This document shows, one piece after another, positions 1 to 64,000 of a DNA stretch of 64,000 nt (the first letter of the stretch is position 1; each line of letters opens with the position of its first letter). The position numbers and the translations under genes are program-made. Under the pieces are notes generated by a model. The model did not search any database. It was given only the letters and a program-made list of their open reading frames with translations, and had not been told where the DNA came from. The stretch is taken from assembly GCF_009914755.1 (NCBI RefSeq), contig NC_060925.1; one strand, written 5' to 3'. The stretch comes from the human T2T-CHM13v2.0 reference genome, Homo sapiens.

Positions 1-133
1 CTGTGAAATGCACCTTATCCTTTAGTGAAAGATGATATAAATAGCTTAGTTGCCTTCAAACTGGCAGAGACTTTTTGAATGGATGGATGCTGATTTTTTA
101 AAAAGGAGCCCATTTCTGAGGCATCTTTTAAAG

Positions 134-797
<664 letters not shown>

Positions 798-885
798 GGC
801 TATTATTGAAGTGTTCTTTTTCTTTTTTGATCACATCTATGAAGTATATTGGAGAGAAAGAGAAGGTAGAATGGGAATTTCAACA

Positions 886-1181
886 GGGTCACGGTGGCTC
901 ACTCCTGTAATCCCAACACTTTGGGAGGCCAAAGTGGGTAGATGACCTGAGGTCAGGAGTCGAGACCAGCCTGGCCAACATGGTAAAACCCCATCTCTAC
1001 TAAAAATACGAAAATTAGCCAGGTGTGGTGGTGGGCACCTGTAATCCCAGCTACTCAGGAAGCTGAGGTAAGGACAATTGCTTGAACCCAAGAGGCGGAG
1101 GTTGCAGTGAGCCAAGATAGCGCCACTGCACTCCAGCCTGGGTGATGGAGCCAGTCTCCGTCTCAAAAAAGAAAAAAAAAA
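886..1181 (+). mobile_element. AluS-type
   Basis: Dimeric Alu with A tail ending about 50 nt before exon 2. Confidence 0.93.
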
Positions 1182-1232
1182 GTATGGTAATTTCTCCATT
1201 AACTTTGATGCTTCTATGGTCTTGATCTCCAG

Positions 1233-61660
<60,428 letters not shown>

Positions 61661-62639
61661 GTCAGTATCCACTTCCACATATCCTAAATGGGTTCAGAAT
61701 ATGTGGACCCAATCCCTCATGTTTCTGTAATAAGACTATGGTATTTGTTTGTGAGCTTAACTTTGTCATAAGTGTAAATGTCAAAATTACATACCATAGC
61801 TAAAACAGATGGGTTTCAGCAGCGCCAAGGTATGTTTGAATCTATAAGATGAAAACTCTTCTTGCTGGTGGAGTGGAAGAGGGTGGGAAAAAGGGACTGA
61901 GGGAGGGGTGGAGGGAAGGCAGTAAGGCACAGTTATGTAAATCAGGAAGAAAAATGTATTCACTGGAGACGACATGAAAACATCTGCCTCTGAACACTAA
62001 CCAGTATCTGTATAATTGACAGTCTCCATAAGTTCATGAGGGGTACATGGGCATGCAAAGTTCAAAATTGGAAATGTGGATATTATTTAGCTAAGGTTTT
62101 AAACTAGTGTTCTGCTGCATGGGCTAAGTAACCAAAAAGACTCTCTTTGTCTTGACTTAAAGTTTGTCCACTTGTCATCTTGCCTCCAGGCTGTCTTAAT
62201 CTTTGTACTTGAACTGTTCCACTCAGGGGGTAAGAAGCAAGGAAAGAGTAGCCCAAAGAAAAGAGTAGGAAAAGGAAGAGGCTATTTCTTCCTAAGGAGG
62301 GGAAGAAGTTGCCTGGTCCTTCAGGGCAAACATTAGGCCTTTTCCAGAGCAGAAACTGGAGTAGATTAGGGATGTGGCACCAGCCTTGGAATATTCCATT
62401 ATCCACAGGGAAGCCCTGAGAGACAAGAGCCAGCCAAGGTGAAAAGACTAAACCTGATGAAAGGCATTTAACCTTTCTTTGACCTTTACTCTCCAACTGA
62501 GTGGTACCCATCAGAATGCAGTAAATTTTTTTAATGTAAATGCCTAGACCCCAGTGCAGGCTTAATGAACAGATGGAGGAAGCCTTCTCCAAAAAGGAGG
62601 TAATGGAGTTCAGACTCTATTTGAAAATATGCAGCACAT

Positions 62640-62805
62640 GGCTGGGCACAGTAGCTCACACCTATAATCCCAGCACTTTGGAGGCCGAGGTGAGAGGATT
62701 GTTTGAGGCCAGGAGTTCAAGACCAACCTGGCCAACACAGCAAGCTCCTAACTCTACAAAAAATAAGACTGAAAAATTGTAAAAACTGTAAAACAAAAAA
62801 AGTAA
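62640..62805 (+). mobile_element. Free left Alu monomer (FLAM-like) with TSD AAAATATGCAGCACA
   Basis: Left arm plus degenerate A tail between direct repeats. Confidence 0.8.
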
Positions 62806-62879
62806 AAATATGCAGCACACAATATACTCTCTCAGAAAGAAGACATAGCTTCTTACAGAAGGCTGATGGCTTAGTCTGT

Positions 62880-63222
62880 TTTGTTCTGGTTCTTTTTTTG
62901 TTTTGTTTTGTGTGTGTGTGTGTGTGTGTGTGCTTTTTTTGAGAGAGAGGGTCTTACTCTTTTGCCCAGGTGGAGTAGAGTGGTGCAATCATAGTTTACT
63001 GCAGCCTTGACCTCCCTGGCTCAAGCAAGCCTCCCATCTCAGCCTGCCAAGTAGGTGGGACCACAGGTGCATGCCACCACACCCAGCTAATTCTTGTATT
63101 TTATGTAGACCGGTTTTCATCATGTTGCCCAGGCTGGTCTTGAACTCCTGGGCTAAAGCAATCCACCTGCCTTGGCCTCCCAAAGTGCTGGGACTACAAG
63201 GCGTGAGCCACCATGCCCAGCC
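62880..63222 (-). mobile_element. AluJ-type (antisense) with (TG)n in tail
   Basis: Reverse Alu consensus. Confidence 0.88.
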
Positions 63223-63271
63223 TATTTTGTTCTATCTTTAAATGCCTGGTTTAGCATCAGAAGAAAAACAC

Positions 63272-63728
63272 TGTATTAGTTTCCTAGGGCTGCTGTAACA
63301 AATTACCACAAACTAGGTGGCTTAAAACAAAAGAAACTTATTATTTCACAGTTTTGTAGGCTGAAATTGAGATGTTGGCAGAGGTATTTTCCCATCTTCT
63401 AAGGCTCTGGAAAATAACCAATTCTTTACTTCTTCCATCTGCTGCTGGTTCCTGGGATTCCTTGGCATTCCTTGGTTTGTGGATGCATCATTCAAATCCC
63501 TGCCTCCATCATAGCCTTTTCCCCTGTGTCTCTATATGTCAAATCCCTCCACTTTTTCCCTGATAGGGACACCAGTCATTGGATTTAGGGCCCACTCTAA
63601 ATAAAAGATGATCTAATCTCAAGAACCTAATCTTAATTCTATCTGAAAAACCATTATTCCAAATAAGTTTCTATTCTGAGGTTTTAGGTAGAGATATCTT
63701 TTGGGAGAACATCATTCAACTCACTACA
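63272..63728 (-). mobile_element. MLT1-family MaLR LTR
   Basis: tgtattagtttcctagggctgctgtaacaaattaccac...cattcaactcactaca. Confidence 0.8.
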
Positions 63729-64000
63729 AGGGGTACCTGCTATGAAAGGCCAGAGAGGCAGCTTATGATGGGCACCCTGAGAATGGAGTATGGAGAGAGA
63801 TGATAAAATATGTCTTGCTACTCATGAGTGAATTAGCACAAACACATGAAGATTTGAGTGGTTAACTGAGGATATAGGCACTCCGATAGGAGGTCAGAAT
63901 GTGAAACTACAAGCTGAAGTTCTTGCTTTGGTGAAATAAGGGAAGAAAGATCAGAAAGCTGAGTGGTCTTCCAAATAGTAAAAAAAATCCTGCTGAGTAG

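Overview
Human genomic DNA from the RCA cluster (1q32): the interior of CR1 (complement receptor 1, CD35) on the + strand, from late intron 1 to early intron 25. 24 coding exons with canonical AG/GT ends join in one frame and encode SCR/CCP domains 1-21, i.e. long homologous repeats LHR-A, -B and -C. The 8-exon size pattern 180/100/86/399/177/103/86/219 nt occurs three times (last exon 228 nt). Three LHRs before LHR-D indicates the common CR1*1 (F/A) allele without LHR-S. A 17-18.6 kb tandem duplication (about 18.9-38.0 kb vs 37.5-55.1 kb) makes LHR-B an LHR-C/LHR-A chimera. Introns are rich in Alu, L1, L2, MaLR/ERV LTRs, MER1B and two near-full-length Tigger1 copies. I found no wholly new biological system. 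The best leads are a Tigger1-supplied intronic poly(A) signal after in-frame stops (possible secreted CR1 forms), filled/empty transposon sites that order the LHR duplications, a near-identical conversion block, an arm-swapped Alu with one TSD pair, an Alu-bracketed exon 13 and a GAS-bearing solo LTR. Exon numbers, repeat subfamilies and variant identities come from memory and manual reading; repeat ends are approximate.
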